A stretch of DNA of 64,000 nucleotides from the IMG/VR virus record IMGVR_UViG_3300025840_000011; one strand, 5' to 3'. Each line of letters starts with the position of its first letter. Position 1 is the stretch's first letter. Of this stretch, positions 49,201-59,000 are shown piece after piece. A program made the position numbers and the translations under genes. Below the pieces are notes generated by a model. That model had not been told where the DNA came from, searched no databases, and saw only the letters and a list, made by a program, of their open reading frames with translations. The stretch comes from a virus.

Positions 49201-49784
49201 CTAGAAACAGATCGTCAACCTACGCAAGAACCTCTACACGTACTAGTAACAGAGATTTCATTGGTGACTACACTCGTGGGTTCCTTGGTAATTACACACG
49301 GAACAGCGTCAATACCTTTGCGGGTAACTTTATAGGTGACTACGCCAGAAACTTTATTGGTAACTATACACGCAACTTCGAAGGTAACTACCTTGGTAAC
49401 TATGTCGGAGACTATACACGTGACTTCGTGGGTAACTACTCAAGAGACAGAGTAACTATATTCACGGGTGACTTTATCGGTAACTATGCGAGAAACTTCA
49501 TTGGAGAGTATTCAAGAAACTCAACCAGAGATTCGCAGAGAACCAGAACCTCAGCGTTTACTAGAACCCGAAATTCTGCGTACACTCGTACATCAACAAG
49601 AACAAGTACACAAACCTTCGCTGGAGATTACGTGGGTAACTACGCACGTGACTTCATTGGAGACTACAGTCGTGGGTTCATTGGAAACTATCAAAGAACT
49701 TTCGTTGGTAACTACACAGGTACAACCATCGATTCCGGTTCGTCCACAATCCAAACATACACGTTATATGTGAGATCCGCTTGA
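46278..49784 (+). CDS. Fibre-region protein with mirror-complementary tetrapeptide repeats (paralog B)
   Basis: RBS aggag, upstream CATAAATA; repeats from 47055 to 49715; C-terminus TYTLYV. Confidence 0.8.
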   Translation: MSSNIPLKLEGTAGDLQEMTSGEENYISYIVGKDNLAATTGVSDLTLTSTGNTSIGSFVNTFYNEAVGTHPASSITSGSTTTTVYQVAGTESPDTGSLRPIGYATDGGSTPSFYEMPDSDLNVLARRVNSRIATSDYPGIYKLATAAPSGDYAVKVSNVFTDTQTDGTTTQYNIYQRTAMTAPTTVRPVGLSGGDLKEMADSDISDLIGSFVRTLRATSGEIGSYQLRSSSQGAPTDAGTWTSVGTATDTKKNIVETNYTRNRNSAYSRTRSSNYTRTRGSTYTRTSLRSRVSNYAGDYVGNYTRNFIGDYTRDYLGNYIGDFIGNYSRTRVSTYSRTRITDYAGNFIGNYSRTRVSNYTRDSQRTSVRTRVSAYSRTRPSTYQRDRVTNFVGDFIGNYTRNRISNYTRTRVSSYAGDYVGNYARNFLGNYNRNFLGNYQRSFAGDYVGNYTRNSTRDSQRTRTSTYTRTSTRTRLSTYTRTSTRTRSSAYTRNSTRNRVSNYLGNYNRNFAGNYVGNYNRSFVGNYVGNFLGNYVGDFVGDYTRQGAYARAYAGDYLGNVNYVGNYAGTVNYQRTRATNYQRTSTAPLDYTRARPATLDYTRTRATNYARTVAYTRARPATLDYTRTSTRTSTATGNYTRNRVATLDYTRDRQQNYARTLYYTRTSTGSASYTRNRVGSQGYSRTLNYTRDVYYYRSTPAPYGSVYGRTQNFSRTLTYYRNATFTGNYSRNLSYTGDYFRLVYYLANFVGNYTRNATYTGDYTRTFSYAGNFTGNYTRSVTYTGNYARTINYTGDFVGNYTRNVTYTGNYLRTGSYLGDYVGNFVGDYVNENAVAYAGDYINENVNYVGNYARNFYRTLNYQRTRVTDYQRTRATDYTRTRVSAYSRTSTRTRVSAYSQNYARTFVGDFTGNYARNFAGDYVGNYSRGFAGDYVGNYARNFLGNYTGDFIGNYTRTSLRTRYSQYTRTRVSSYTRNRSSTYARTSTRTSNRDFIGDYTRGFLGNYTRNSVNTFAGNFIGDYARNFIGNYTRNFEGNYLGNYVGDYTRDFVGNYSRDRVTIFTGDFIGNYARNFIGEYSRNSTRDSQRTRTSAFTRTRNSAYTRTSTRTSTQTFAGDYVGNYARDFIGDYSRGFIGNYQRTFVGNYTGTTIDSGSSTIQTYTLYVRSA

Positions 49785-49809
49785 CACGAATGATCTAGTG
49801 TTGTATAAT
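49781..49809 (+). promoter_or_regulatory. Perfect sigma70-type promoter inside the late region
   Basis: TTGACA-17 nt-TATAAT. Confidence 0.8.
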
Positions 49810-49853
49810 AACACACTATATACTATTAATTTCGCCAATTAGGAGATTATGAA

Positions 49854-50321
49854 ATGAGTTATAGGAAATGGCTTGACAACGCCTTCTGGGAAACCAGTGA
49901 AAAAGAAATGTTAAACTGCATCCTTGAGATGGAGGATGATGTTGGTCGAGTAACTCGACAAGTAATGAAGTTAAAAAAGACTGACTCCGAAGGAAACGAG
50001 AATCCGGACTTCGTTGAGGTTGTTGAATTCTTGGGTCAAGAACTCATTGACGAGAACACCGAAGAACGCAACGTTCGCAAGAAGAGAGAATCTGAAGAAG
50101 AGAAACAACGACAACTTGAACACGCTAAGGCGAGAAAGTTGGAAGAACTCTTCAACTACAAGTTGGAAGCCTTTGAGGTTCCGGAGATCAAAGACTCTAA
50201 AAACCGTCCTCTAAAATCTAAACTTCGTCGGGCAAAGAATAAGGTCGAAGTGAACCTATATGCAATTATGATCCTGATGGATGAACTCAAGAAGGCGGAA
50301 GAGAGTGACGGAGAAGAGTAG
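49854..50321 (+). CDS. Hypothetical protein (helical C-terminus)
   Basis: RBS aggag; LFNYKLEAFEVPEIKDSKN. Confidence 0.7.
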   Translation: MSYRKWLDNAFWETSEKEMLNCILEMEDDVGRVTRQVMKLKKTDSEGNENPDFVEVVEFLGQELIDENTEERNVRKKRESEEEKQRQLEHAKARKLEELFNYKLEAFEVPEIKDSKNRPLKSKLRRAKNKVEVNLYAIMILMDELKKAEESDGEE

Positions 50322-51039
50322 AGGTTTTGTAATTGTCGCATCTAAGAAAATTAATTTCTATAGGTACGCAATCAATCTGGCAGAGTCTATCCTTGACTAT
50401 TACGAGGATGCGAAGATCACACTCTTTTGTGAAGAGTGGATGTTCGAAGAGATCCATCGTGAAATCTTTGATCAAGTAATCTGGTGTTCCGATCACTATC
50501 GTGCAAAGTTATGGGGTATGGCGAAAACCCCATATGATCAAACGATGTACCTTGATGCGGATATGGAAGTCGAACATGAAGACATCCTAACCTGTTGGGA
50601 CGAATTCGATAAGGGTGATGTAGTATTCTCCAAACTCACCGAAGAAAGAAGTTACACCTATGCAGAGTGGGAGTTCGACACACCGGAAGGAAAGACAGCG
50701 TTTACTTTGTGTGGTGGTATATGTCTCTATGATATGACCGTCCCTCTGGTAAAAGAATTCATGGATGACTGGTGGGATTTGACAAGGCGTCAAATGGATC
50801 ATGAATGGTGGCCAAAAGGATACGCTGAGTCTCTTCGTTCTTGGGATCAGTTCTCACTCTGGTGGTTGACCACCAAAGAAGAGAAGTACAAGGACTTGAA
50901 GATCGGTGTCTTTGAAGACGATGTTCGTTGGAATTATTATAACGCATGGAACTGGGCAAGGACAAAACCCGAATCGGGTAAACCAGTAATCATTAGACAT
51001 TACTCATGCGGTCTTGATAAGGATGGATATATTTTATGA
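50305..51039 (+). CDS. GT-A fold glycosyltransferase
   Basis: TPYDQTMYLDAD (DxD), WDQFSLW, IIRHYS; GTG start inferred. Confidence 0.75.
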   Translation: MTEKSRGFVIVASKKINFYRYAINLAESILDYYEDAKITLFCEEWMFEEIHREIFDQVIWCSDHYRAKLWGMAKTPYDQTMYLDADMEVEHEDILTCWDEFDKGDVVFSKLTEERSYTYAEWEFDTPEGKTAFTLCGGICLYDMTVPLVKEFMDDWWDLTRRQMDHEWWPKGYAESLRSWDQFSLWWLTTKEEKYKDLKIGVFEDDVRWNYYNAWNWARTKPESGKPVIIRHYSCGLDKDGYIL

Positions 51040-51743
51040 TGACAGACATACCTCTCCGGAACTCTGAGTTCCTAGAGATGTTGGAAAACTGTAGAAAACT
51101 GTTAACCGATGACGTAGAGGGTTTTCAAAAAAATCTTAGATATCACTGTGAGTCCGAACTTGATGACACCGAAGGTCAACGAGAGAAGTGGACCAGCGAA
51201 GATTATCTCAAGTATGTGGTTGAGGTTGAAGGTGATAAACATGAAGGGTTTCCTGATCACCTAGTTGGGTATGGTTTCAAACCACACCAACCAGATCAAA
51301 ATGTCAAGTTGTTCAAACCTGGCCACGATCCAGTGTGGACTAATGAGTTCATCACTAAACTCTACGCGCACAATACAGATCTGGTAAATTTTCTTGGTGC
51401 AAAGAACAATGCGTTGTTCTGTTACTATCCGCCAGGCGGGTACATCTCATGGCATAACAATTGGAATGCGTCTGCATACAATTTGATATGTTCTTGGTCT
51501 GAGACTGGAGATGGGTGGTTCAAGTATCTTGATCCCAAAACAAGAGAGATAGTAACCATTCCGGACGAATCTGGTTGGCAGATCAAGGCCGGATACTTTG
51601 GTGGTCAACACGAAAAGGATAGGGTGTGTTATCATGCAGCGTCTACGGACTGTTGGAGGTTAACGGTATCCTTTATCTGGAACCACATGGAGAACTCACA
51701 AAACCTTCAGGACGATCTGTTATACGAAATTAGTTCTGAATAA
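51036..51743 (+). CDS. 2OG-Fe(II)/cupin-like oxygenase
   Basis: YYPPGGYISWHNN...CYHAA....RLT (HxN..H..R). Confidence 0.65.
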   Translation: MMTDIPLRNSEFLEMLENCRKLLTDDVEGFQKNLRYHCESELDDTEGQREKWTSEDYLKYVVEVEGDKHEGFPDHLVGYGFKPHQPDQNVKLFKPGHDPVWTNEFITKLYAHNTDLVNFLGAKNNALFCYYPPGGYISWHNNWNASAYNLICSWSETGDGWFKYLDPKTREIVTIPDESGWQIKAGYFGGQHEKDRVCYHAASTDCWRLTVSFIWNHMENSQNLQDDLLYEISSE

Positions 51744-51766
51744 TCCGATTTCCAGTTTCCCGTTTA

Positions 51767-51774
51767 TATAAATA
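51767..51774 (+). promoter_or_regulatory. T4-type late promoter within an RBS-sequestering inverted repeat
   Basis: TATAAATA between arms 51748-51760 and 51798-51810. Confidence 0.75.
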
Positions 51775-51808
51775 AAAACATAGTATTCATCTAGGTTGGA
51801 AACTGGGA

Positions 51809-52168
51809 ATGGCACACTACGAAGATATTATAATTGATCAGGGTGCAGACGTTGCAATCGAGTTAAATTTGGTGGAACAAGATGGTTCCAAAAAGAATTT
51901 GACTGGGTACAGCGCTGCCGCCAAATTGAAACGAAATTACAACTCTACAGATAGTGCAGACGTTATCGACTTCACATCTGTAATTGCAGATCCCGCAACT
52001 GACGGGGTTCTCATACTTTCCCTCACCAATAGTCAAACCGATGCATTGAGTTCTCGTGGTAGATATGTCTATGACGTAGAAATCTCGCATCAAGACTCCA
52101 ATTCCAACACACTTATAGAAAGAGTACTACAAGGTAAAATATCAGTTTCACCATCTGTTACAAGGTAA
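51809..52168 (+). CDS. Virion structural protein (Ig/BppU-like adaptor)
   Basis: IDQGAD, GRYVYDVEI, RVLQGKISVSPSVT. Confidence 0.65.
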   Translation: MAHYEDIIIDQGADVAIELNLVEQDGSKKNLTGYSAAAKLKRNYNSTDSADVIDFTSVIADPATDGVLILSLTNSQTDALSSRGRYVYDVEISHQDSNSNTLIERVLQGKISVSPSVTR

Positions 52169-52175
52169 TTGATCG

Positions 52176-52559
52176 ATGGCTATAAGAATACGTACAGGAT
52201 CAAATACTGTAAACGTTGATAATGTTGCAACAAAAAATGTCACGATTGTAAAAAAGGTAACGGTTGGTAAACCTGTAAGAAAAGTTGATCCAAGGATAAT
52301 CAACATTGATGAAATCCGTGGTATTGATACTTCAGGTAAAGTAGACGGTGACTCTCTCGTATGGAACGCAACTGAAGGACTTTGGAAACCTCAAAGGGTC
52401 GAATCCGCCGAGGAGGGCGCATTAACTCTCGACGAGTTGTCGGATGTAGATACATCCTCAAAAGTCAATGGAAGTGTGTTAATATACAACTCGACATCTG
52501 AGAATTTTGAAGCGAGTACGTCACTGGAACAACAGACTATTAACGGAGGCCAATACTAA
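52176..52559 (+). CDS. Small fibre-associated protein
   Basis: Two DTS.KV.G..L.(W/Y)N repeats; INGGQY end. Confidence 0.6.
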   Translation: MAIRIRTGSNTVNVDNVATKNVTIVKKVTVGKPVRKVDPRIINIDEIRGIDTSGKVDGDSLVWNATEGLWKPQRVESAEEGALTLDELSDVDTSSKVNGSVLIYNSTSENFEASTSLEQQTINGGQY

Positions 52560-54571
52560 TGGCATCAATTATAAGAATAAAACGTTCTGGGACTAGTGGT
52601 AATCCCACAACGCTCGCGCAAGGCGAACTCGCGTATTCCTATTTTAATGGTGCCGGAGGGGATAGACTTTACGTAGGTACAGGGACAGAAACAAACGGAG
52701 ATGCCGCAAATCATGAAGTGATCGGTGGTAAGTATTACGTTGATCTTCTTGGTGGTACAGGTAACGCTCCTTTCGGTACACTCACTGCGAATACCGCATT
52801 AATTGCAGACTCGAATTCAAAACTAGATCACCTGATTGTAGATAATATCGACCTAAACGGTGGTGCGATCACTACCACTACGGGCGGTCTGTTAATTGCA
52901 CCAGACAACAGTAACATCAATGTTAGTGGTTCACGTATCCTTAATGTCGCAACTCCGATTGCGGATAGTGATGCGGTCAACAAATCATACGTTGATACAC
53001 AGATTGCTAATGTATCGTTTACTATTGCGGATGACGCTTCAGACTCAGATTCGTTCTCTTCTGTATCGGGTGTTCTCACGTTTGCAAGTGGGGTCGGTCT
53101 AACCAGTGTTGTAACTAATGACACGATAACCTACACCCTAGACGATACTGCGGTAACGCCTGGCAGTTACGGATCCGCAACCACAATACCAACGTTCACG
53201 GTAGACCAACAAGGCAGACTAACCGCTGCGAGTACCGTTGCGGTTGCAACAACACTTACCGTCAACAACCATGCGATTTCTATACTAGATTCAGATTTGA
53301 CTCTGGCGGCGTCCGGTAATCTGACGGTCAGTTTAGATTCTGCGTCCAACACGTTTACGTACAATCTTCCGGACGGAGGTATCTCTACCAAGGGTGCGGT
53401 CTCTCTAGATTCAGCTGACTTCGATGTTTCTTCCGGACACGTCACACTAGAAGACACCGTAGTCAAAAACATTGGTACAGACGGTAGTGACGTAGGTGTA
53501 AGTGGTCACAAGTTTGACATTGTTGGTAATAGTATTCAAGGTACGAGTACCTCTGCTTCGGGTTCTACACTAACCGTTACCGTTGCGGATGCGGACTCTA
53601 ATCAGAAGGGTGTTGCATCGTTCTTGGTGGATGACTTTACCGCAAACGGTGGAGACATATCTCTTGTTCAGTCCGTAATTAAGTCAGTACAGACGGACAC
53701 TGGTTCTATAGTACCGAATAACCATACCATCGCCATCTTTGGTGGAGAGGGTATGGATGTCACCCACAGTGGTACGATTATCACAGTTGCGGGTGAGGAT
53801 GCGAACGACTCAAATAAAGGTATTGCATCGTTCGATGCGAACGACTTTACTGTCACTGCGGGTAACGTGGTTATCGCTGCTGGTGGTGTTGACAATGCAC
53901 AACTTGCAAACGATGGAATTAATATTGGTTCCACGGATGTGAGTCTTGGTGACACGATCACCGATGTGGTTGGGTTAACTTCTCTTGTAGTAGACAACAT
54001 CAAAATCGACGGTAATACCGTTAGTACTACAGACTCTAATGGTATCATGTATCTTGACCCGAACCCGACTGGGGATTCTGGGGACGTATACATTCTTGGA
54101 AATTTAACCGTCCAAGGCACCACTACAACCATCAACTCAACAGAGTTGACCATTAATGATCTTAAGATCACACTTGCGGACTCCGCTGCAAATGCAGCTG
54201 CCGCTGACGGTGCGGGTATCGCAATTGGTGGTGCAAACGCAGAATTCACTTATGCCGCTACGGGTGATAAGTGGGTTGCAAACAAACCTCTAGATGTTAC
54301 AGGTGCACTTACTGTTGCGGGTAACGTAGAGGCAACGTCTCTCACTATTAACGGTGTCACATTTGAACAACTGGTTGATAGTGAAGTTGCAAACCTTCTG
54401 ACTGCTGGAGAAGGTATTGATTTAACATATAACGATGGTACAAATGAACTAACCATCGCAGCAGAACTCGCCACGGTAAGTAACCTTGGCGTTGCGTCAT
54501 TTGATTCGGATCAGTTTACTGTCACGTCTGGTGCGGTAACTATCTCCACGTTGGATGGCGGTACATATTAA
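52559..54571 (+). CDS. Tail fibre protein
   Basis: IRIKRS..LAQGELAY N-terminus; KGVASF repeats; LDGGTY end. Confidence 0.75.
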   Translation: MASIIRIKRSGTSGNPTTLAQGELAYSYFNGAGGDRLYVGTGTETNGDAANHEVIGGKYYVDLLGGTGNAPFGTLTANTALIADSNSKLDHLIVDNIDLNGGAITTTTGGLLIAPDNSNINVSGSRILNVATPIADSDAVNKSYVDTQIANVSFTIADDASDSDSFSSVSGVLTFASGVGLTSVVTNDTITYTLDDTAVTPGSYGSATTIPTFTVDQQGRLTAASTVAVATTLTVNNHAISILDSDLTLAASGNLTVSLDSASNTFTYNLPDGGISTKGAVSLDSADFDVSSGHVTLEDTVVKNIGTDGSDVGVSGHKFDIVGNSIQGTSTSASGSTLTVTVADADSNQKGVASFLVDDFTANGGDISLVQSVIKSVQTDTGSIVPNNHTIAIFGGEGMDVTHSGTIITVAGEDANDSNKGIASFDANDFTVTAGNVVIAAGGVDNAQLANDGINIGSTDVSLGDTITDVVGLTSLVVDNIKIDGNTVSTTDSNGIMYLDPNPTGDSGDVYILGNLTVQGTTTTINSTELTINDLKITLADSAANAAAADGAGIAIGGANAEFTYAATGDKWVANKPLDVTGALTVAGNVEATSLTINGVTFEQLVDSEVANLLTAGEGIDLTYNDGTNELTIAAELATVSNLGVASFDSDQFTVTSGAVTISTLDGGTY

Positions 54572-54601
54572 AATCCCTTTATAGGGTCTAAAGGATGACA
54601 A

Positions 54602-55957
54602 ATGTCAAATACTACGTTCCGGCTTAAAAGGAGTGCCGTAGCGGGTAAAATACCAACTGTAGGTCAGCTTGCGCTGGGTGAAGTTGCGATTAACACATAC
54701 GATGGTAAACTGTACATCAAGAAAGATGTCAATGGAACAGAGTCCATTGTAACAGTAAATCCATCCGCAACTACTACCGCCCTAACCGAATTTTACTATG
54801 AAGCAGCTGATTCTGGACAGACGGCTTTTACTGGCGCGGATGAAAATGGGTTAACCTTAACGGTTACCCCCGCTCTAATAGATTTGTATCTCAACGGTGT
54901 TCTACTTGATCCTAATGTAGACTACGCCGTTGATAGTGACAGAACCACAGTCACGTTGACAGCGGGAGCGGATTCTGGTGATAAGGTCCAGATCGTTAGT
55001 ATTACGAATGACATCCAGATCCAAGAATACAACTATACTGCGACTGCTCTCCAAACAACATTTACTGGTTCTGACAACAATACAAGAACTCTTAATTATG
55101 CGGCAGGATATCTTCAGGTCTATAACAACGGTGTCTTACTTGACCCCAACATAGACTACACTGCCTCGAATGGTACAAGTGTTGTTTTGACAACAGGAGC
55201 GACTGTAGGTGACTACCTTCAGATTTTCGCATTCCCTCAGTTCAATACTTCATCAAGTACCTTTAACGAATATTTCTTCGAACCGACTGAAGGTCAGACG
55301 GTTCTTAGTGGTGTAGACACAGAAGGTAACACACTACAATATAACGCCGGTTCTATCAAGGTGTTTAACAACGGTGTGTTGATGAATCCGGATACGGATT
55401 ACACTGCAATAAACGGAACTTCGGTGACGTTTACTGTAGGACTTTCGGGTACAGATGAAGTACAGATAAACTCTTACCCGACACCAGACGCAAGACCGTC
55501 TTACGAGGATGTAAAGGTTGATGCGGGTATTTACATTGGGGGAACAACAGACGCCTACCTGATGGAAGAATACAAGACCGGAAGTTTCACTCCGGTTATT
55601 GCGGGTTCTACATCGGCAGGAACAGGAACATACGCTACGCAAGTTGGACGATATAACCGAATAGGGGATACCGTCAACTTTACATTACAACTTGTGTGGA
55701 GTGGACATAATGGTACAGGAGACATCAAGGTTACGGGACTACCCTATACCTCAGAGGACTCTTCGGGACAACATTATGTATTTTCGGCGGCAACTGATGG
55801 GGGACTATCATATACAGACGGGGACACATTGGTTGCACGATTACAGGCAAATTCAAGTGAAATAACATTGGAGACAGAGGACGGCGCTGGTAACAACAGT
55901 GGAGTAACGATGGATTCAAGTGGTCGGGTTAATATCACCGGCCTGTATTTCATTTAA
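54602..55957 (+). CDS. Tail fibre/receptor-binding protein
   Basis: RLKRSAVAGKIP..LALGEVAINTYDGKLY; three NGVL.DP..DY repeats; GRYNRIGD C-domain. Confidence 0.75.
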   Translation: MSNTTFRLKRSAVAGKIPTVGQLALGEVAINTYDGKLYIKKDVNGTESIVTVNPSATTTALTEFYYEAADSGQTAFTGADENGLTLTVTPALIDLYLNGVLLDPNVDYAVDSDRTTVTLTAGADSGDKVQIVSITNDIQIQEYNYTATALQTTFTGSDNNTRTLNYAAGYLQVYNNGVLLDPNIDYTASNGTSVVLTTGATVGDYLQIFAFPQFNTSSSTFNEYFFEPTEGQTVLSGVDTEGNTLQYNAGSIKVFNNGVLMNPDTDYTAINGTSVTFTVGLSGTDEVQINSYPTPDARPSYEDVKVDAGIYIGGTTDAYLMEEYKTGSFTPVIAGSTSAGTGTYATQVGRYNRIGDTVNFTLQLVWSGHNGTGDIKVTGLPYTSEDSSGQHYVFSAATDGGLSYTDGDTLVARLQANSSEITLETEDGAGNNSGVTMDSSGRVNITGLYFI

Positions 55958-55958
55958 G

Positions 55959-55966
55959 TATAAATA
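55959..55966 (+). promoter_or_regulatory. T4-type late promoter
   Basis: TATAAATA. Confidence 0.7.
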
Positions 55967-56017
55967 GAAGAGAATGTTGGATATGACCAACACGAAATGA
56001 GTTAAAGGGAACGACTA

Positions 56018-59000
56018 ATGGCACAATCAAAAGCGAGATATTTGTCAAGTCTTCTGACAACATCTGGTTTTGTAAAAGACGATAGGTCGCAACTGGCGGG
56101 TTCGGATGGTACGATTGATGTAATCAATCTACCCACAATACCCAATAGTTCGCTAGAGAACTCTACTACGACCATCAACGGAACGTCCATATCATTGGGG
56201 GACTCCAATTCCTTTACAACAGATGCGTTTTCAGAGGGTAACAATAATCTATACTACACGTCAGTAAGAACAGATTCGGATGCGAAGAATGCGATATCGG
56301 GTGGAACTGGTATCACATACAACGCTTCGACTGGTATTATTGAAGTTACGGCTACAGGGGTTACCGCTGGGACTTACGGTAGTGCAACACTCGTTCCCGT
56401 TGTCACTGTCGATTCTCAGGGTCAAGTTACCTCTATCACAACCGCTACTGCCGCGACCCTAGACTCATTTGGATATAATCCGACTAACGCAAAACTTACA
56501 ATTACTGCAAGTGATACGACTACGTATGAAGCAGACGTTACTCTTGCACCTTTTAGTACTGCGGATCTTCAAGAAACCACAAACCTGTACTACACACAAT
56601 CTCGTGTAGACAGTGCTTTCGATGCAAGACTCGCCCAGAAAAATACCGGCGACATTTCGGAAGGTAGTAATCTTTACTACACAACGAATCGTTTTGATAG
56701 TGACTTCTCTGATAAGTCAACCACAAATCTGTCCGAAGGGACCAATCTGTATTATACGGACGCTCGGTTCGATAGTGCATTTGGAACTAAAACAACGACG
56801 AACGTTGCGGAAGGAACTAACCTTTATTATACAGACACTAGGTTTGATACAAGACTCGCTACAAAAACGACTTCGGATATCTCTGAGGGAACCAACCTGT
56901 ACTACACAAACGGTAGGTTCGACTCAGACTTTGGACTGAAGACAACCAACTCTTTATCTGAAGGTAATACCAACCTATACTTCACGGACACCCGTGCACG
57001 TAACGCAATTGGTGCACAACAGAATGGTGGAGATGGAACGTTCTCCTATGACTCCGCCTCCGGTAGATTTACCTTTATTGGTCCTTCTGCAACAGAGGTT
57101 CGTGCACACCTTGTACAGGGTACGGGATTAACGTATGACTCCGCTTCGGGTGTATACTCTATTACTGCGAGTGGTGTAACTAGTGGTACGTATGGTGGTG
57201 ACTCTTCTGTTGTTCAACTTTCGATCAACGCACAGGGTCAGATAGACAGTGCGAAGGCCATTACACTCAACACCAGTAACATGACAGAAGGGACAAATCT
57301 CTTCTACACGGATACTAGGGCCCGTAACGCACTCAACGTTGGTGGTGATCTGACATACGACTCAAGTACAGGACAACTTACTTTCACAGAAAGAACAGAC
57401 GCAGAAGTAAGAAATCTTCTGTCAGTATCAGGTGACTTAACGTATGACAGTGCAACCGGACAATTCTCTTTCACAGAAAGAACGGACGCAGAAGTCCGTG
57501 GTCTTATCTCTGCAAGTGGTGGTGTAAACTACAATAGTTCTACTGGTAACATCTCTATCGATTCTTCGGAAACTAGAGCATTGTTCTCTGGTGGTACTGG
57601 AGTCACAATCACAAACGGTTCTGTCGCAATCGGACAGGCTGTTGCAACAACAAGTGACGTAACGTTCGCCAAGATCACAGGTGACTCTGCATCTATTGGA
57701 CAGATTAACTTCAAGACTAACTGGGCAGACAGTCACATTGGATTCGCTGAAGGTGCAATGTGGTATGATCCACATCACAAGAATCTAAATTTCTACACAG
57801 ACGTAGACGTAGCAATTGAACTTGGTCAACAGGTCATGGAACGAGTGTACAATGACACTGGTTCTACGATCTCAAAGGGTAAACCCCTCTACTACAGTGG
57901 TAACAGAACAGCAGATGATGGTAGGGAATGTCCTACCGTTGCACTTGCAAATGCAACAGATGACTCCAAGTATAACGTACAAGGTCTCGCTGCAGAAGAC
58001 ATTGCGGATGGTACGTATGGTATGATCTGCGTTGCGGGTGTACTGAATGACTTCGACACCTCGCATCTAACCGCTGGTCAAAACTTCTTTGCGGGTCTGA
58101 CAGATGGTGCAACTCAGAATGCATCTCCCACATACCCGAACTATCCAATGTGTTTGGGTTGGGTTATTGAATCCTCTGTCACAAACGGTAAGGTTATTAT
58201 AAACCAACAGAACCACTCTGTCAATAGTTTCCGTGTAAGAACTTCTGCACACATTGGTGATGACCTACAGGTCGATGGTAACCTCACAGTATTGGGTACT
58301 CAGACTATTGCGTCTTCGGAGAACGTCTCTATCGGTGCGGCGTTTAACTACCTCAACGCTGGTGACACAATCGGTGAGACCAACACCGCCTTTACGGGTA
58401 GTGGTCTGGACGATGCGTACTTTGCAGGACACTTCTCTGGAACTGCATCTACAAACTTCTATGTGAAGATTGGTACAACAGGGACACCCGATCAGTTTGA
58501 ATGGGGTTATGATTCCGCATCACCTCAGGCAACCGGAATCAATATCACGGGTGGTGATCAGTTACTTGACGCCGGTATCTCTATCAACTTTGGTGCGACA
58601 ACTGGTCACACCACAGGTGATAAGTGGACTGGTACTGCCGCTCCTACAGACGTAGACACTGGTTTCTTCTCTAACAGAAACACGGGTGGTACGGGTGTTG
58701 GATATACCCACGTGGGTATGTTCTACGATGTGTCCGCAAGTAGATGGAGACTGGTTGACGAATACTATCCAGAACCTTCTGGTTCAATCGATATCACGGA
58801 CTCTTCTTTCTCCGCCGGTATCCTTGTAGTTGACACATTAGAAGGTAATGTGACAGGTAATGTGACAGGTACGGTGTCAGGTAACGCTGGGTCTGCAACC
58901 ATTCTACAGAACTCACGTAACTTCTCTATTACGGGAGACGTGACTGCGAGTGCGGTTTCGTTTAACGGAAGTGGTAACGTAACCCTCACTGCAACTATTG

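Noticed and set aside
47055-49715. DNA inverted repeat, or sense/antisense coding, as the cause of the mirror symmetry
   Set aside because: The reverse complement of GGT AAC TAC units (GTAGTTACC) does not match the ACT AGA/CGT codons of the opposite arm, and synonymous codons vary freely; the symmetry is at protein level
44532-49715. CRISPR array or DGR template/variable repeat in the ggtaacta-rich region
   Set aside because: Repeats are in-frame 12-nt coding units with third-position variation; no constant repeat with unique spacers, no adenine-specific variant pair, and no reverse transcriptase in the window
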